A stretch of DNA of 63,944 nt from Acanthaster planci (Eukaryota), in NCBI RefSeq assembly GCF_001949145.1, contig NW_019091357.1:810671-874614 (forward strand), in the 5' to 3' direction. A program made the translations under genes and the position numbers. Below the pieces are notes generated by a model, which had not been told where the DNA came from, did no database searches, and worked only from the letters and a program-made list of their open reading frames with translations. The number at the start of each line of letters is the position of its first letter. Within the stretch, counting starts at the first letter, position 1. Below are positions 36,601-47,348 of this stretch, in pieces.

Positions 36601-37653
36601 ACCTACATGTACAAAGACTGCCGTACAACATGGCCTTGATATGGTGTTGGAAATAAGGTGCTGGGGTTGTTGACATGTATGTTTGGTGTTTTGGCAAAGC
36701 ACAATCTTTTGTGCTGTTAGAATGTAAAAGGGTTTAGTTAAGGACCGTTACATGAGTACATGTGAACATAAATTCACAAAGACTTCACAGTGAGGCTCAT
36801 CCATTTTCAGATGTCTGCAAACTTGTTTTCATTTTCAGATTGCGAGGGAGAACGGCATCAAATTCCTAGAAACCAGTGCCAAGGCAAACGTGAATGTTGA
36901 AAAGGCTTTCATGACACTCGCAGAGGACATCCTCAAGAAGGCAAGACCCTTTTTCCTCTGTTCCTCGTGGTTATCCCCAAGTTTCATGCCAGGAGGCATC
37001 AGCGGATCATTTTGCCTCTTGATGATATTGTTCGCAGCAAACTGGCTCCAGTCTGCCTGAAATCTTGACTTTCTAAAACAATGAGATGCTACTGCCACAT
37101 TTCATTTCTAAGTGGGACACCACAAGTGCTGACGTTTAAGTTATTTATACGTGATGCTCATGACAGTCCTGTGTGAAACACTAATTTATGTGAACTTAAA
37201 GAAATATCAGTGTGATATTTTGTTCCTCAAAAACAGCTCCTGATGTCAAATCAATCTTTTCAGCATATACAGCTGTTACCACTGTCTTGTCTCGTCCAGT
37301 GTGCATAATATGTGATAGACATGTCAATATTTGGGGCCTGTTTGTTTCACGTGTATCTGGATCGCAATCAGTGATCCCAAAGGCTGGTTCGCTCTATCCG
37401 TTAGGGGGGTTCTGATGACAGTGATCCAGTGTCGGATCGCTCACTGCGATCCAAAGCCACGTGAAACAAACAGGTCCATTCTTTCTGCCTAGTTGTCAAT
37501 TTTGTTTGAATATGTTTGAATATTCCCCAACTAGGCTGACATTTCTTCTCTTTCCGCCTTCCACAGTACCCACAGAAAGACCCAGCAAGTGGAACAAGCG
37601 GGAACATCAAACCAACGGGGGACGACGGCAGCCAGTCAAGAAAATGCTGTTAA
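12504..37653 (+). CDS. RAB10: Rab10 small GTPase, canonical isoform (201 aa). Exons: 12504-12630, 34751-34950, 36339-36428, 36839-36940, 37567-37653
   Basis: Spliced product: [108 protein letters not shown]../[34 protein letters not shown]1-G5 motifs, Rab10-type [11 protein letters not shown] and HANEDVE, and a terminal CC prenylation motif are all present. Exon lengths 127+200+90+102+87 keep the frame. Confidence 0.95.
13171..13705. mobile_element. Non-autonomous TIR element with TA flanks (Tc1/mariner-like), spanning an N-gap
   Basis: Perfect 25-bp TIR CAGGTCAGAATTTTAGCCGACACGC / GCGTGTCGGCTAAAATTCTGACCTG, with TA on both sides. Confidence 0.8.
13399..13503. other. Assembly gap
   Basis: Run of N inside the TIR element at 13171-13705. 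Confidence 1.
13886..13955. mobile_element. piggyBac-like mini-MITE (~70 bp)
   Basis: CCCTAACAGTCCCAAA..GATTTTACATAC..GGGGGTTAGGG; closely similar to 44358-44427. Confidence 0.6.
14723..15568. mobile_element. Non-autonomous DNA transposon with CAGGG termini and a 5-bp TSD (hAT-like)
   Basis: Ends are CAGGGTTCGCAC / GTATGACCCCTG, with subterminal CCTGGAA repeats at both ends. CCACA is duplicated at 14718-14722 and 15569-15573. The superfamily is inferred. Confidence 0.7.
17426..17600 (+). mobile_element. tRNA-derived SINE copy
   Basis: A-box-like TGGTGTAGTGG and B-box GGTTCGAATCCC, followed by a GTGGGTTT..GGTTTTCCTTCCA core. Homologous to the copy at 19693-19864. Confidence 0.75.
18381..18531 (+). 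CDS. Putative alternative first exon 1b of Rab10: [51 protein letters not shown]
   Basis: Open frame with an in-frame TGA just upstream (18375). Contains a Rab P-loop and ends ATC G|gtaagt in phase 1 at the homologous position. No matching exon 2 is seen before 34751. Confidence 0.8.
19693..19864 (-). mobile_element. tRNA-derived SINE copy (same family, inverted)
   Basis: The reverse complement aligns along its length with 17426-17600 (AGTCAGGTTGGTG..GTAGTGGCTCTTTC..GGTTCAAATCCCACC..CCTGCCTGACTCTGTGGGTTT..CTAAAAC.GAACAT). Confidence 0.75.
19893..19951. mobile_element. piggyBac-like mini-MITE forming a perfect hairpin
   Basis: 24-bp perfect inverted repeat TTAACCCTAACAGTCCTCAATCCT with an 11-nt spacer. 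Confidence 0.7.
20305..20601. repeat. Minisatellite, ~41-44 bp unit x ~7
   Basis: Unit TTCTACAGATTGCCATGGGAATGGGC(T)nACATCGATT, with a variable-length T run. Confidence 0.95.
22103..22229 (+). CDS. Putative alternative first exon 1c of Rab10: [43 protein letters not shown]
   Basis: Same 127-nt coding length as exon 1a, with 27/38 identity over the core by hand alignment. Ends ATC G|gtaagt, phase 1. Confidence 0.85.
28097..28358 (+). CDS. Putative alternative first coding exon 1d of Rab10 with a basic/Ser-rich N-terminal extension: [49 protein letters not shown]
   Basis: 262-nt open frame (87 codons + 1 nt) ending ATA G|gtgagt, phase 1. A possible acceptor (..caaccag|G ATG) lies directly before the start codon. 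Confidence 0.83.
29268..29797. other. Assembly gap
   Basis: Run of N between exons 1d and 1e. Confidence 1.
32716..32866 (+). CDS. Putative alternative first coding exon 1e of Rab10: [51 protein letters not shown]
   Basis: 151-nt open frame with YDxLxKL..GDSxVGKS and STIG; ends ATT G|gtaagc, phase 1. The start codon is uncertain because the frame is open further upstream. Confidence 0.78.
33094..33511. mobile_element. TIR element with TGTGACC termini
   Basis: TGTGACCTGTCACCACAAAATGA ... TCATTTTGTTGTGACAGGTCACA. Confidence 0.65.
33618..33676. mobile_element. piggyBac-like mini-MITE (opposite orientation to 19893-19951)
   Basis: CCCTAACCCTCCTCAATCCT-tcacttgttgg-AGGACTGAGGAGGGTTAGGG; the spacer is nearly the reverse complement of that in the 19893 copy. 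Confidence 0.6.
34751..37653 (+). CDS. RAB10: Rab10 constant region (exons 2-5: interswitch, switch II, NKxD, SAK, hypervariable tail, CC)
   Basis: The acceptor catttcctag|GT ATT GAT TTC completes the phase-1 Gly codon. It is the only WDTAGQE-containing exon seen between 12.5 kb and 47 kb. Confidence 0.93.
35828..36202. repeat. Minisatellite, 25-bp unit x 15
   Basis: Unit GGCTGCCCCAATGATGTCCCATCTA, nearly invariant; lies in Rab10 intron 2. Confidence 0.97.
37334..37477. mobile_element. Palindromic MITE with GGGCC-type termini (PIF/Harbinger-like) in the last Rab10 intron
   Basis: GGCCTGTTTGTTTCACGTG ... CACGTGAAACAAACAGGTCC; a second copy lies at 38900-39036. Confidence 0.6.
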
Positions 37654-38899
37654 AAATTCCACTTTGTGTCTCGTCACCCGCCCACTTCTCCCCCTCTCCC
37701 TCCCACTCCAGACTTCTTCTGTCACTGGTCACGTCAAGAGAGACTCATCTTTCAGAGAATCACCTGGTATCGGATTTATTTCATGCTGTGCTGCGACCAG
37801 ATATCTTTTTTAATGCATAATATGTTGAACGTTTGGAGGCCGTTATTCAGGTTGTAGATGCGTAGAGTAAAAAAAAGAAGCAAATTAGAGTACATGTTTA
37901 TTGTTACAGCGCACCCATCCTACATTGTGGTAGCCTGTGTTCCAAATAACTGCCACATTATCGTTACAAGTCTGTGGTGTCCGACATGTCCTTCTGACCA
38001 ACCCAGCCATTTTGTCTCCATGTGCCACATGCAATGAGGCGTACACAGCTTTGCTTATGTGATTTTTTTTAATGATGCGTGAAACGCTGTAGTTTCCATA
38101 TTTGAGATTTTATGTCATAATTGACTCCACAAGTGTCAGTGTGGTTAGAACTGACAAGAATTTCCAATCTCATTCGAGAGACTTCAAAGCACCAATGGCC
38201 CCCAGATTTATAACATGTGCGAGCTACTCCGCATTTAAACCAGGATAAGTCAGGCATCCAGATTGCTTGTGTATAGAAAATGTCATCACTTACTTGGAGA
38301 GCAGTTTATATGTTAATCAGGAAATGACAGGTGGTCTCTGGGTGGAAGTTGAGAAGGCATTTCAGTCGTAGGATCTACATCTAGTTTGAATTGTCTGGTG
38401 TTAAAGCCTTTTTCTTCTGCCTGAGATGTGAATGAGGCATGTGGTGTTTCTCTTTTGACATGTCATAACCCACAGACTATCAGGGGATATGTGAAGACCT
38501 GCCCTCCCCCCCACACACACACAACTGTATTCCACTGTGTGGTAAATTATTGTGTTGAAAGTCACTCCATAGTAGAATCCGCGCAAAACAGTTGGAAACA
38601 CAGAAACAGCACTGGAAAGTACCGTAGTTGGCATTTCTGTTCAAGGGTCTGTGTACTCTATGTCATGCCTTCAAGTGCCGATGCACATTATAGAAGTTGA
38701 GTCATTGTAAACAAAAATTAAGAAATATGGCAACAGGAGAATGATTTGGAAGCTATTGGTCTCGTTGGTTGTGAAGTAGTGCTTGGGACTTGCCAGATTT
38801 TTTGGAGTTGAGTTTTGGTTGTCTTCCAGTAGTTCTGTTTTTGTAGCCAATCCAGGAAGCTTGCAGTGTTGAGTCGCAGATGAGCCACAGAAAAGTCTA

Positions 38900-39036
38900 G
38901 GGCCTGCTTATTTAACATGGATTTGGATTGCGATCAGTAATCCTTACGTGGGTTCGCACCATCCATTAGGTGAGTTCTGGTGTTTGTAAACCAATCACGG
39001 ATCGTGATCCAGATCCGTGTGAAACAAACACGGCCC
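38900..39036. mobile_element. Palindromic MITE, same family as 37334-37477
   Basis: GGGCCTGCTTATTTAACATGGATTTGGATTGCGATC ... GATCCAGATCCGTGTGAAACAAACACGGCCC. Confidence 0.55.
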
Positions 39037-40353
39037 AGAGTGCTTTGCTCACAGTTGTGGCAAATGTCGTTCGCATGAAACTGTCACTGTTGCCACACAC
39101 GTCACTCAACCGTGTGATGTTGATGCAATCCGAGGCTGTGAAGGCAGCACAGATATTAAGAATCTTCAATTTCAAATGTCACAATCTCACTTGGCCCCAG
39201 ATTCGGATCAAATGCTCTTCAACATCATGGAAGGGTGTAAGTTGACCTGTGGTATCATCCTCAAGGAAATCTTCAACCTCACAATGGCCATTAGAGGTTG
39301 ATATTGAAGTGTCAAGTCAGTCACCAACTGCACTTCAAAACCAAACCAAAAAGATCACTAGTTGATCACATTTATCCATAGCTTTTAGGATGCAAGATTT
39401 AATTTGAAATGGTGTCCGGCACAGCAGTGTAGCGTTCATGGTGCTGCATACCAGTTACATAGATACCATGATACAGTGTTCAATAAATTGTGCAAAAAAT
39501 CTGTGAGTATCAGTAAATACTAGAGGGCGACATTTCCCCAGACAGGACAGTTCTCTGTATAGAAATGTCTCTTTTAATATTAATGTACGGGAAGAGCTAT
39601 AAGCTTTTCTCTTGTGCACATTAAACGTAAAGGAGACATATATTTTTGGGTGTTTAAAGTTTTTTTAATTTAGTTTTAAGGTCGTATAATTATGATACAT
39701 TGATGTATAATGAAACCAACACATTCAAGAGAATTTGTACAGTATTAACGATGTATGACAAAAGGACAAGAAAAAAAATGCTTAAACAAAGCTGGTGGAT
39801 GGACTAAGCAATTGTATGTGTGCATTTTACACCAAATTGTACTGGTCTTACGGGACACGCAAAAAACAAAACTAAAAAGACAAAAAAAAAAATTGCGTGA
39901 GAAAATGTACTTGTGCAATTGTTTCCTCGTTTACATACATGTCTAATCTGCAATCAAAGCCTCTGTAGTTACAATTGACGGAGAACCCTTGGGGTACTTC
40001 TACAAATATGAACTGTCACAAAAGCTGTAAGATAAATTGGCATTTTTTCTAGTATTTTCTGTACTGTAGCATTATACATTTGGATTCTTTTGACTGTAAT
40101 GAAGGCGTCAGTCAGGTTGACAGCTCTGTCCCCATGTCGTCAGTGATTCCAGGGACAAATGAATCTTTAGCCGTGGTCTTCCACAGTTTCTGGCATGGTT
40201 CCTGAGTCTTCAGTGAATAGACGCTATTAGTGTGGTGTTTCCATGGGGTGTAAGGCAGCCATCTTTGTTGTGTGCCCAGAAGTCTGTGCACAGACTTTCA
40301 CACCATGGTTTGACAGACTAAAGGCACCCGTCTGTTTTAAACGTAAAGCGTTT

Positions 40354-40487
40354 TCGAAATGAGTGGATTCGGCTTAGACTTTAGTTTCGCTGGTTCCAGC
40401 TATTTTGAAGCAGCTTTCGAAATCACATGTTCAAGCTCTGACTGGAAGCAGCAAAACTGACGTTTAAGCTGAATCCACTCCTTTCGA
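40354..40487. repeat. Imperfect inverted repeat with ~47-bp arms, probably a MITE
   Basis: TCGAAATGAGTGGATTCGGCTTAGAC..TTCCAG pairs with CTGGAAGCAGC..TAAGCTGAATCCACTCCTTTCGA. Confidence 0.6.
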
Positions 40488-43400
40488 CGGTACTTTCATA
40501 AGAACAAGAAGCTTTTGAGAAACTAGGAGTCTGTGAATGAGTGCATTGTTCCTTGTCCAGTAGCATGAAAAATTCCCACTTGGCAAGTGATGAAACAGTA
40601 ACTCAGGCACGGTTCTGTGTTACAAATAATTTGGTGACTGAAAAATATAAGCAAGAATAAATATGCCATGGACTTAAATTGGAATCTTTCCCAAAGAAAT
40701 TTGGAAGTTTGGCCTGAAAGTACCTAAACCGATTTTTCCCTGAAGCCTGAAGAGGGGTATTGTGGATGGTTTTTGATATTTGGACACTTGTTGTGTTTTG
40801 TTGTTTTTTTACAGAACCGTGTCTGTAGTGACTTGCCGTTTTCATCAACCTTTGATTTAATCAAACCTGGGATATAATCTTCCCTACAGAAATAGTAAAG
40901 TGTAGTGATCATATAGTGTAGACAGGCTCTGTATTTCAGAATCCAGAACCCGTAAAGCGTTACGGGTCTTTGTGCACCCGCGACGGCCGTTTCATGTGAA
41001 TAAAAATTATCAAATATGCTTGTAGAGAGATGCATGGTTGTAGAAAATTTAAGTGAAGAGAAACAATTGTTATTAAAAATCGACGAAAAGAAGCGAAGAA
41101 GTTTCATGATTTTGTTCAGTAAACAACGTCTAAATTCCTGTTCTGCGTTGAAAGGAGGTGTGTGTTGCTGTTTGAAATTGTGATGTTGCTAAAGAATGAA
41201 GGCATAATTCGGTGGCCCTAGTCTTTGGGGTTTAAATGGGGCAGGCTTTTTTAAGCGGCCATTTTTTTCCTGGACCAAGAGACGGGAAACTCTGTCGAAT
41301 ATAAACATTCACATTTGGTGTGGAAGTCCTCTGTAAAGATTGAAAGTTTGGAAAAAAGCTGTGAATTATTGCGTTACAATTATGCAAATGTGAACTGTTA
41401 AAAATACAAAAACATGTATCATAATTTTGTATTACATGTAAATGCCTTGCGTCTTATTTAACAATTGGATAGATATAGATAATTATTTGCGTATTTATAG
41501 GACAACCTCATTTCTCTGTGGAACTTTTGATTTTACTAATGGTGTCATAGATTAGAGTAAGTTACTGTTGGGATATCTGGCATATCGTGCCTGGCAAACA
41601 ACGGGCTGAAACGTCATTACTGATGGGCTTTCCCACGGTTTGCAGATTGTCCGAAATAAAATTCAGCACCAGTTTGGAGGCTTCTGTTTAAGTTAGCGCG
41701 GCAATCGCATTGAATAATGACGCACGCGGCGCGCTATAGCTCCCCGATTTTATAAGAATGATTCGCCATAGAGCACAGTCGATGTCAAGCGGTTTATTGA
41801 GGTACCAGCTAGCCAATCGGCGAACGATACGTCATGTCTCATTCTCTGATTGGCCAGGAGTTCTCGTTAACCCGATTTTACCGCTCAGTTGTATTTTGTG
41901 GTCTTAGTGACATTCTACATAATACAATATTATTAAGCTGAAAAATCAATAAAACAATAATTAAAGTACACGTGCAATGCCTTTCTTGTGAAATGTATTC
42001 GAGTTTGCAATCTGTGTGACGAGTCAGGAAGGTCAAAGTTTATCTCGGTGCCATTGCCATCAGTAGCTGAGAAACGTTCCACGTGCATTCCTCTTTGTAA
42101 TGTCAGTCCAATCCTAATATGCCAGTACTCTCGGGATGCGAGTAAAGTAGGTTGCTTAGAGACACAACTCGTCCCGTAAAGTTTCGAACACAAACTTCAC
42201 ACGCACTAGCTTGCTACACTGCTGAAGTGATCAGCGATTTTTTTTGTCTCCACAGACTGGAGAAATTTAAGAACCCCCTCGTTTGACCTAGGTTTGCACT
42301 TTGTTCCCGGCGGCCACGGCAATCACATTTGCCCGCAACGTAGTGCGCCGTGGAATTTTGGCAATTTTTTTTCTCCGTAGTCAAGTTTTGTTAGGTCCTG
42401 CTGAGTTTTCTCATGGTCTATTGTACTGCCCATACAAATCATGTTCGGGTTACTTAATAAGCCATTGTAAGTCCACACATTTCTAAAGGTGATAGACAGG
42501 GCTATTGAAGTTGCCTTCAGTTGATTTCTCGAAAGTAGTTTTTATCATGTTGCATGAAGTTGCCCTGCCTGGCCCAGCTTCTATACTCCCTTCCAGACCG
42601 CGCTAGCGATCGCCGTATCAAACCGTAGTAGGACGCAACGCGCCGCATCGCACTGGGCCGTGATTGAACGCGACAAAACGGCTACCATACACCCTAGCTT
42701 GCCGTGAGAACCGTGACAAAACACCCGACCGTAACTAAAACCCTATACGCGGCAGAACGTGGACTAAACTTAGAAGGACCGTGAGATGCCGGGGAATGCA
42801 CATGCTTCCCGTCCCACCATAACATGGACGGTCTCCAAGCTTTGTTACGACCTATCACGTTGTTGCGTTCACCCAGTTTTACTGCGGTCCACTAGATTTC
42901 TCATTCGCACCGTGACTGCGTGGCAAAAGTTACATTAGTAAAGGAAGAAAGAAGGAAAGTCAAAGAAAAATGTTAGGAAATTTTAGGAAATCTTACGGAA
43001 AAAATCCAGTCTAAGAAAATTTAATTTTGAGGAGTGGAAACACTGGCGAGATATGAATGGCACCGACCTGAACCAACCTGCGTACTAGTAGTACATATAG
43101 TAGTCCGGCCCGAATCACCATTCACTCTACGTGAGCCTAGATGTATGGAACAAAAGGAACAAGTATCCCACGTACGTAAGGGCAAATACAAAATACTTCG
43201 TCAATGGTTGCAACTACAGGGGCTTTGAAGTATTGTTAGAAATTAGCCAGCCATGTCAGGTAGTACCCATTGATTCAAACCCTACAACGTACATGTATGC
43301 GAGCGTGTTCGGGCACTGCAGAATGTTTTCTTGTGTGTTAAGGTCTATTATGCAGACGGTACATTAACCATGGGGAACAGAAACATACACATTGGATTCT

Positions 43401-44357
43401 CTGACCAGGACTAACCCCGCTGATAGTTACACCTTGGCGAGCAAGATGTCGTCAGCCGCGGTGTGGTACAGTAGGAAGACTTTTTGACAACATATTGAAA
43501 CTGGCACGTTGCTAAACAGGGTAAGTGGATCATAATGGAGGATTTCCCGTGGTGTGTGAAAAGCCAAAAGAGCAGGTACATGAGGTCGTAGTTGCAACAT
43601 TGACATAATACAGGTCGCCGGTTTACACACAGCAGGGCATTTCAACTGTAGCAGAGTAAATAGAACACCAGCGTTTGTTGTCAATCGACATGAGCAAGTT
43701 GGAAAGGTCACTGCGACTTGAAAACATGAATTTAGAGGGTACAAATAAGCCCACTAGGCTACCCAATTACGATGTCTATTTATGCCTCAACTGTAAGTAA
43801 GAGAAGATATTTTCGATTCAATGCATCGACTGCACCGTATCTTGATCCATCCACACATACAACATACTGTATATCGACCTATTTCTCCCAACTAAAAGTA
43901 AAATAAAAGTTGGTCCCCGAGAACGAGTCTCTTACAATTGAGAATTGTTCATATATAGTGAGGAAAACCAGCATCATCGATAGCATGGAACAACAGTTGT
44001 TGCTTGAGACTGGGCCGAATACATGACGTATAAGATTACAGATGGGTCCAAAGTAAAGATAGTCGTTTGAAAATCGTGGTTATGAGCTTTTATTTTCTGT
44101 TACCATCTTATGGCATAATACGCAAAGTACATAGTTCACGTTACCCTCGAGAATGAGATCCGATGACGAGGTTTGGCGAAAAGTACGATCGGAATGTGCC
44201 CCGTGCGACAGGAAAGGTCAGTTTCGTCACCAACTCCAAGCACTCAGGAATGTCATCATTTGATTCCTCGTAAACACGAGTCCCATTCATGTCTACAGCA
44301 GGTCGTCATGTTTGTCACCTTTGCAGTACGCGAGTTAAAGCATCAAAACTTGTTCAT

Positions 44358-44427
44358 TTAATCCTAACAGTCCCAAACCCTCCAGTTTCAACATGATTTT
44401 ACATACACCCTAGGGGGTTAGGGTTAA
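44358..44427. mobile_element. piggyBac-like mini-MITE (~70 bp)
   Basis: TTAA flanks on both sides; homologous to 13886-13955. Confidence 0.6.
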
Positions 44428-45211
44428 TCAACTCTGATTTGTTGTAGCCGGGAGCTGTTGCGTAACAGGTGAACTGTCCGATACGATTATAGAGTTTTTA
44501 GACCAATAAGACTTATAATCCAAGAACTGTGTGGCGCTGATTAAGACTACTTTGTCATCTTGATTTGCAGATCTTTTGCTTTCATGGGGCTCCAGGGTTT
44601 ATGGGGGCCATTACCAACATCGTAGAAAACACTTTGCCAGTTCAATCGAAAAATCGATGAGGATCAGTTGGCGTTTTTTTGCCAGCACCTGCGTGTGAAG
44701 TCTGAACTTCGTGATTTTATAACCATGTACATGTACAAAGTTCAAGTGTTCCAATAATGCGAATAATGCAGCCGTGGTGCTGAATTTACTGCCTTAGTTT
44801 TGTTCCTTTTGGCGCAAGAATTTAAGTTTTACTGTATGTGACCTGTTTCCTTGACAACTGTTGACACTCACTTCTGCAGAAGAACTGACTCGTCATCACT
44901 CGAATGAAGTGGACCTGTGCCGTACCCGACTTCCGGCCGGACCACCGATGTGTACATGTACAGCGTACATGTACCCGCCGGTATGCACTCACGCCGCGCC
45001 GGCACGTACCCATTGTCAGCCCTGGGCCGTTCACTCGCAGATCGCTGAGCTGATGCACACTCGTCTCGGATGCAACTCTAACAGTTAACTGTTGCACTAA
45101 TCTTCCAGTTTGGTAATCAACACCTCGAATTAAATTCGTGGAGAGTCACACGGATACCAAATCTTAATCCTATTGATGCCAGATGTCGATTAAACATGGC
45201 AGCAAGAGTTC

Positions 45212-45235
45212 ATGGTGACAGCGGCGGATGACGTG
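45212..45235 (+). CDS. Candidate start exon (MVTAADDV) for the Rab paralog
   Basis: An ATG follows an in-frame TAA (45191), and a strong GTG|gtgagt donor is in phase 0, matching the phase-0 acceptor ctctctcag|GGT at 47349. There is no homology support. Confidence 0.3.
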
Positions 45236-47348
45236 GTGAGTATGACTTTAGGGGTGAGAGCGTTCTGCTGTCAGTCCAGGAGAGCCATTTTTAAGGTCTT
45301 GTAAATGCGTACCTTTTTGAAGTGAAAAGTACCAGTTTGAAAACTTTTTGAGCTGGACTGAAGCGTGCAGGGTTGTGGGACTCACGACACCGAAGAAACA
45401 TCTTGTAGGCTTAAATCAAAGTCAGTAAGCCAACATGTGAAAAGCTCCCTCTTTCAAGGGATTCGTATGCAAGAAAGAATCACCGGGTCTGAAAATTGAT
45501 CGAAGTGATGAGCAAAGAAAATCGGCAATTACTGTACTGACAGCTTCCAAATCAAATCGCTTTATCTAGACCCCTTCCCAGCACGGCTAGTACTTCCATG
45601 ATCCATCCAAACTCGATGGGGATTTGTATACAGTCAAACCTCATTAATGAGAGCACTGTTTATACAGCATATTGTGCTTGGAACACTTCGGAAATGTTTA
45701 GGTCCCACTCCGTTAATAATTGTTTTTCATCGCTGATAATACATGGTTCCTATTGTATCAAGGTCCAAAGTTTAAAGCACCGCTTATTAATGAGGTTCGA
45801 TCGTAAAAGATTTGGTGTTTGTGACCCCACTGCCATGTATCGATATGAAATATCCATACAGAGCTTACAGGACAGACTCCCCGTGTGCCTAACCGAGCCA
45901 ATAGACCTTTTTCCTATGATTTCACAATCGTGACACCATAAGAAAAAGGACCGCGATGTGTTGTGATCGTAATCTACTTATTCGTGATAAACTATTTAAG
46001 TATGCAGCGTTCGCACGTGCGCTTGCACGTGGTTGAAGCTGCCCGTAGGAATATTAGCGATCACCGTGGCCAAGGCGGTCCACACGTGGTGGTATTGTTT
46101 ACATTTAGCGAAATCCAGTCACGTGGGTGAAAAAAGTCTATAGCTTGGTTGGATTCGAACTAGAACATGTTGAAGACTCTTAGTACGAAAAGAACGAAAA
46201 TTTCATCCACCAGTATGGAGACTCGATTGTGCCTTGATGCACGGTATATGCACCTGCCATTTGAACAGGCTTTCACGTTCATGGTGCTCCCCGGCCTTCT
46301 TGTACGACTCCTCCCCCTTAAGAGAAGGTGTTCACTTTTTTGTAGACGAACAGACCTATTCAGGAATCCAACTTAACAATTAGTTCCAATTTGACAAAGC
46401 AATCAACTGGGTACTGTTTGTTTGTAAAACAGATTGCTGCAGTGAGAAATGTGAATCATCCTTTCCTGTCTGTGGGCACAAAACTTTTTTTTGCTAAACA
46501 GTAGTAGCTCTTAGATATCTTTAAGTCAGCCTGTTTTGATACAAACAGGTCAACTGTAATTTTGTCGATCAGACAATAACTGAAAAGAACGCGACCGTCA
46601 CTTCTGAATCCTCTTCACAGGTTGAAAACATGGTCGACTAGTAAAAAGAGAGATTCGTGGTATCTGAAGGATATACATAAGGGAATTGAAACATGTAGTG
46701 GTGAGGACTCTGATGTTTATTATCTACTGGAAATACTGACGAGTTTGCCCCTTTAAACCTTTAGCCTGGGAGTTGTAAATCCATACCTAAACTTTACTTT
46801 TCCCAGATCTTGATAAATGATTGTATCATCCATCCATAAAACACAAGAATGCGAACAATCATATAAACAAATTTTATCTGTTGTCTGGTTGACACAAGTG
46901 CCAAAGACCTGTAAATTGTTGGATAAATTTTGACAGCTACAAGGCCGGTTAAGAAAGATGTAAAGCCGACCTCGTTTTTGAGGGCCTCTCGTTCCGTTGC
47001 GTTTACTCACATTGATAAGTGTCGTGTTAGGTTTATTTACAACTCGGTTCGGTCCAACCTCCATTAATTTATGATTCATTGGACCAAGTTTCTAACGTAA
47101 ACTGGCACGTAGGCGTGTAGCTGTGTACACGTACACTGTACAATGTGCTGTCTTCCTGTAACGTGGTGAATCACAACCTTGCTGTAGTTTTATATTGCTC
47201 GAGATCACTTCCTATTCGTTCCTGTTCGAGTCCTTCTTTGACGAGACACATCCGTGTCTACCCAGAATCAGCCAATGTAGACAATTGCGCCTGACGCCAT
47301 TTTTGGAACGCCTCTAGTAAACAGTTTTCTGTTTTTCACCTCTCTCAG

